Part shown: positions 59,401 through 64,000 of the stretch, in pieces
Position numbering within the stretch: position 1 is the first letter of the stretch
How the letters are laid out: every line of letters begins with the position of its first letter
Assembly: GCF_030028105.1 (NCBI RefSeq)
Contig: NC_092379.1
Location: 23,739,821-23,803,820, forward strand
Direction: 5' to 3'
DNA length: 64,000 nt
Source: Mobula birostris
Lineage: Eukaryota
Notes under the pieces: model-generated
What the model was told of the DNA's origin: nothing
The model's input: only the letters and a program-made list of their open reading frames with translations
Database searches by the model: none
Program-made: the position numbers and the translations under genes

Positions 59401-62400
59401 AGAACTGCTCGCAAAACTCAAAATACGGTCGAGCAAAGATTTTATTTCGCTGCAACTTTACTTGCTAACATTTGTACTCAATGACACGAACGATAACAGG
59501 ATATATATTGTACGCTTCCAAAACCTTGTCGTAGGGCTTGGAGGCTTGTTTGCCTCAAAGACCCGGTGGGCCTTACGCTTTGAACTTGGTAGGGTCATCA
59601 ATGGTAAACAGATCAAAAGGTAGAGGACACTCTAAAGATTGTCCACCGGCCCTCGGGTTCGGGGGCTCAGATCAGGAAGCAGCTCGTGCTAGTTAAAACT
59701 TGTCCCCACATGAAGGGACACACTGCCTAAGTACTTGCTGGGTTGGGAAAAGCTCTGGGATGTTCTGGGTTTATGGAAGCCAATGAAAAACAAAATATAT
59801 GCAGAAAAATAAAAACAAAATGGAAATAGCGTAGTTGCCAGAAATTAGGGTGACAAAGTTTGATAAAAGGCTACCTGTGTGAAACATTAACTCTGTTTCT
59901 CACCCCACAGATGTCTCCTGAGTTGCTGATGTTGACAGTGCGGGTGGCATAATAATGTCAGTCGGTGAGATTTGCTGCTTAGGATCTGTTACATCCCAGG
60001 AGCAGCAGGTGGTTCTATCCGGATCAGTGTTCCTCTGCAGCTTTATAAAAGACACCCATCAAACTGACAGCAGCGTGCTGGGGTGAAAAGGGAAATTGAA
60101 GCAAGGTGGCTAAGCAGGGTGCTGGGGTGGAAAGGGAGCTGGAGCTGAGTATGTATTTGTGCAAACTGATCGATGGTGAATCAGCAGATCTGATGCGACT
60201 CAGTCATTTTAGTCTGTGTTGCAGCAAGTGGATAAAAAAATCTGGTATATAAACATTTGGTGGAAAATTACAATTATTCGTCTTTTGGGATACGGGATTT
60301 GCCGGTAAAGTCAGAGTGCATTGCACATTCGAGCTGCAATTCCGAGGGCAGTTGGAGACAAACACCTTGATGGGCCAGCAGTCATAAATAGGCTCGAAGA
60401 GTAAGGATGAGGACAATACTTCCCTGAAGGACATCAGTAAAACTGAAGTGTCATCATTACTAATGACTAGATAACAAATACGAATTATTGAGATGTTGGA
60501 AATCTGACCGTAAATCCAAATCTGTTGCACATCATTATGAACTGAGTTTACATTTGTTCAGTTTGTTGTGTTAACATCCATGGACTGTTCATCCATCCTT
60601 TTGCACTACTTATCTGCTTTGATGTACTGGTCTGTCCTCTATCTCTCTGAATCCAACCTTGTGTCTGTCGATTGGATTACTGTGTACACCGTGTCCTGGA
60701 AAATATGTCTACTTCAATAGCATCACCGGAACAGACTGTCCGATCGTTATCACCTTGCAGTTTGTGGATTCTGCTGTGGCCAGAGTAGCTCCATATTCTG
60801 GACTCTACAACAGGGATATAGACACATAGCAACATAGAAACATAGAAAACCTACAGCACATTACAGGTCCTTCCACCCACAAAGTTGTGCCGAACTTGTC
60901 CCTACCTTAGAAATTACTAGGCTTACCTATAGCCCTCTATTTTTCTAAGCTCCATGTACCTATCCAAAAGTCTCTTAAAAGACCCTATCGTATCCGCCTC
61001 CACCGCCGTTGACGGCAGCCTATTCCACGCACTCACCACTCCCTGAGTAAAAAAACTTACCCCTGAAAAAGTTACCCCTGTACTTTGAAACTATTTCATT
61101 TCCTGTGAAGAGCTCGGAGACACCATGAAAGGCACTCTGTAAACGGCAGCACTTGATCTCACAACCATTTTTACTGAATCGCCAACAACACTGGTTAATA
61201 CAGGAAAGCGCTTGTTAAACAAACCCAGTCGGGGGAGGAGGAAGGCAAGAAATTATAGAGGTAACTATGTCTACGAACTGAGAATAAACAAATCATTTGA
61301 ACAATAAAGTTCAACTCATCTGCCATGTGTGTGTGATGGAGTAGGTTAGGGCATACTTCACTCTGTATCTAAGCTTTGCCTCTCCTTCCCTAGCTGGGAC
61401 GAGACAGTGCAGAAGCAGCTTTTTATCTAATATGTGGCAGCAGGACACTATATGGGACTTGTAATTCCCATGTAACTCACGTTCTGTGTACTCTGGGGTG
61501 CTTGATGGAATCACTTTGAGGAAGAATTTCCCAGATCTACGTAATAAATACGAATTCCATTGAAGAATAGAGCAGAGAGTGAGGCAGTCCATCCGAGATT
61601 TTCTGTGCTTTAGCTGAGGAAATCCAATAAACCGATTGGTCTCTCTCTGCTCTTCCCTGTATCCTTACAAAAGGCTGATCATTTCCTGTTTCCTCTCTAT
61701 ACTCAGTATTCCGCAACAGGCAATGTTTCCAAAATTGCAAAAGTTCCCTTAAATGCTTTCCTATTACACATTATTGTCTTGAACGCTTGCCTCCCCACAC
61801 CACTTGCAGCACTACCCACACCCCACCCAATAATGCAAGCCTGCCTGGAACGTATGAAGGAATGTTGCCTACAATTTCCTACCTCAACTTTCCTGCACCA
61901 TTTCCCCACTGCCTTCCCAACTCCAAGATTCTTCCTCACCATACCCACCGCATCGCCCATTAGGGAATAAAACTAAAAATACAATTAATAAACCCTGGGA
62001 TATCGTCGATACTTTTGTTGTATCCCATAACGGATCTCACGCCGGACATTACATGATGGGACTGACATCCACTTGTACCCTGGGGATATTGAGCCTTCAA
62101 CCAGATCGTACATGGTGACACCTTTATCTTAATCCCATTACCTTCAACATGAAGGCAGCCGACAGTAAAACCTTGATAGCTGTCACTGACAGGGAACAGG
62201 TTAAACTGCGCTGAAACGCCTAGCTGCTCAACGTAGTTTCGGTTGACGTTGAGTATCTGAACGCAGACTTGAACAATCACTGAGCTCACTCATCACAATT
62301 GGTGTCATTAAACAGTTTGACGACATGGTATGACCCCATTCCCCTGCAGCCTATGCCCAGTCTGTGGACATTTCACTCGTGTTGCGGGGTATGTATCCTT

Positions 62401-63060
62401 GTACTGTTAATGGGCTCCAGAGAAAACCACCGGTCGGGGGAGGTTCATGAGCTTGATCTAAATATCTCACCGATTTCAGGTGATTCACCGAGCTCGCCAA
62501 TACCGTAAAATAATAAAATACAAATGGGTACAAATGCACTTGAGAAGTTGGTATACCTGAAGTTACTGTCTGCGAGGTTCAATTTAATTTCACTTGCCCG
62601 TCACATCCACTAATCTCAGAAAAGTGTCCAAATGATCCCAGAATGGAAGCAGCTACTTTCTGTAGTTCTACCCGAAACTCCAAATTTGGTTCTTCTTGGC
62701 TCTGAATAAAAGAGACATTTCCCGCTATTCCGCAGAATCAGATTCGAATCCATTTGGGCTTTTCCTTGCCCAGGAATGGACATGTGTCCTAACAGTATGA
62801 GTCAGCCTTCAGGAATTTGATTCTGGGAGTCAGTAATGCGGAATTCGTGGAGGCAGACTGCGGTGCAGACGCCCATTTGTCGGGAGCAGTTTCTGTTCAG
62901 CTGTCCATCACCGTGATCCAAATCACGGTATTTTACTGCAGGTCACAATCCGACTTCGTCATATCTATCCCGAAATCCAATGGTTCGCAGAGACGGCTAG
63001 CGTATTTCTTAATACCTCCCTCTGGGCCTGCGTGTCCTACACAGCCGGTCTCAATCTCGG

Positions 63061-63072
63061 CTATCCCAGTCC
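63061..63072 (-). pseudogene. Pseudo-D2 of VH cassette B (GGACTGGGATAG)
   Basis: 11-nt identity with the TRD D at 48533-48543; dead 5' RSS TGAAGTG-11-ACAAACGGG (63073-63099). Confidence 0.5.
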
Positions 63073-63559
63073 TGAAGTGGACAGAATATAACAAACGGGA
63101 GCTTTCTCTGGGCTTCAACTGACAGCTGCTTCTATGTGGATACGTTCCCTTCCAGACACATCTCCAGCAGAACTTGTACCCACTCCATTTTAGCACATCA
63201 CTCCTCAGTCAACTCGCACCAGAACACCAATGTTTCTCTGGACATTAGTGGTCCGCATACCCCCACCGTTTACTGTGACTTGTAGACGAAGGATCGATAC
63301 TTGACAAGGTCGATCGGTGACCCCATTCCGACTCATGGCGCTTGGCTCCGTGCTGCCGTTTGAAGTCCTCCGGTGAGCCCCTGGGTGCATCCATCCGGCA
63401 TCTCTTCTCAGGCATCCCCGCTGACAATAAGCCTCCCACTGAGTGGTGGACCGGACGTGTCCAGAAGGACCGGGTTACAGCTCTGGCAATCGCTGCTGAC
63501 CTTTTCCTCTGCGCCCTAAGGATTTTTGATCCGGTCCACTCCCGACCTCGCTCACTGTG

Positions 63560-64000
63560 CTCTCGCACAGTAACGGGCATGCGTGCCGCCCAGTCTCAGG
63601 TTGTGTTGATAAGCGGTGCTGCTGTCCTTGGAAATCTCGAATCGGCCATGGACTCCGGGAGCATGGTACGTTCTACCGCCTCCCAATACAACGGCTAGCA
63701 AATCCAGCGGATTTCCAGAGACTTGCTCCATCCAATGCATGACATATCTGCTAAAACTGAACCCGCTGGCTACCCAGGTAAGTCTGTGAGACCGTCCAGG
63801 CTTTAACACCGCTGACATGGGCTGCAGGATATCGGACTGCACGCCTGTCAATAAAAAAAAAGAGCAGAAATTGATAAAAATGTTCTACAAGCATAGCTTC
63901 ACAAAGCCTTCGAGAAACAGTCGGCTTCGGGTAGGTGATAAATTGCGGGACAGATATCTGCAAAGCAAAACAGGAGGACACAGAGATAAGGAAGACCCCT
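63560..64000 (-). pseudogene. IGHV: Ig heavy-chain-type V pseudogene (V exon 63560-63844; leader 63958 to window edge)
   Basis: V exon is open (DILQPMSAVLKPGRSHRLTWVASGFSFSRYVMHWMEQVSGNPLDL...RFEISKDSS...RYCAR) but the first Cys is Trp and FR1/FR3 carry deletions; leader RGLPYLCVLLFCFA ends G|at (donor GT to AT); 23-RSS CACAGTG-23-TCAAAAATC at 63521-63559 intact. ATG presumably just outside the window. Confidence 0.9.

Larger units (their letters stand above)
59050..64000. repeat. Duplicated VH cassette, copy B
   Basis: Collinear with 49860-55700; lacks the solo LTR and about 200 nt containing the D1 segment. Confidence 0.88.

Noticed and set aside
61960-62215. NLFPVSD...FTVGCL peptide after an AG, resembling the start of an Ig CH1 exon (disrupted paralog near 53.55 kb)
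   Set aside because: Lacks the FxP motif, a correctly spaced Trp and the second Cys context, and lies only about 400 nt from the JH relic; not supportable as a CH remnant without a profile search.
1-64000. CRISPR arrays, rRNA/tRNA genes, prokaryotic operons
   Set aside because: Eukaryotic intron-containing locus; the tandem repeats lack unique spacers, and no intact structural RNA gene was recognised.

Overview
Vertebrate genomic DNA, most likely from a cartilaginous fish (shark/ray-type CR1 LINEs and shark-type Ig VH); the species cannot be determined from sequence alone. The window holds the core of a T-cell receptor delta (TRD) locus on the minus strand. In transcriptional order (high to low coordinates): a pseudogenic Ig heavy-chain-type V (63.6-64.0 kb); an intact Ig heavy-chain-type V (55.2-55.7 kb) with its own 12/23-RSS D segment and decayed D2/JH-like remnants; two TCR-delta D segments (48.5 and 48.1 kb, 12/23 RSS); about ten J-like segments over 17.5 kb (six with an open FGxG/FANG-type frame and GT donor, four degenerate); and a C-delta gene (Ig exon 22704-23018, connecting peptide 22110-22157, TM/cytoplasmic 20837-20947, probable 3' UTR exon from 19815). 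I found no conventional TCR V gene, so the V segments nearest D-delta are antibody-type VH genes whose RSS polarity allows deletional VH-DH-Ddelta-Ddelta-Jdelta joining. The two VH cassettes are copies of a 5-6 kb duplicated unit that looks like a decayed shark-type IgH mini-cluster embedded in the TRD locus. The rest is mostly retroelement and transposon debris (CR1, L1, Rex1/Babar, RTE, Tc1, hAT, solo LTR), simple repeats and a 145-N gap. Most ORFs in the supplied track are repeat-derived or spurious. All coordinates and motif calls were made by eye.
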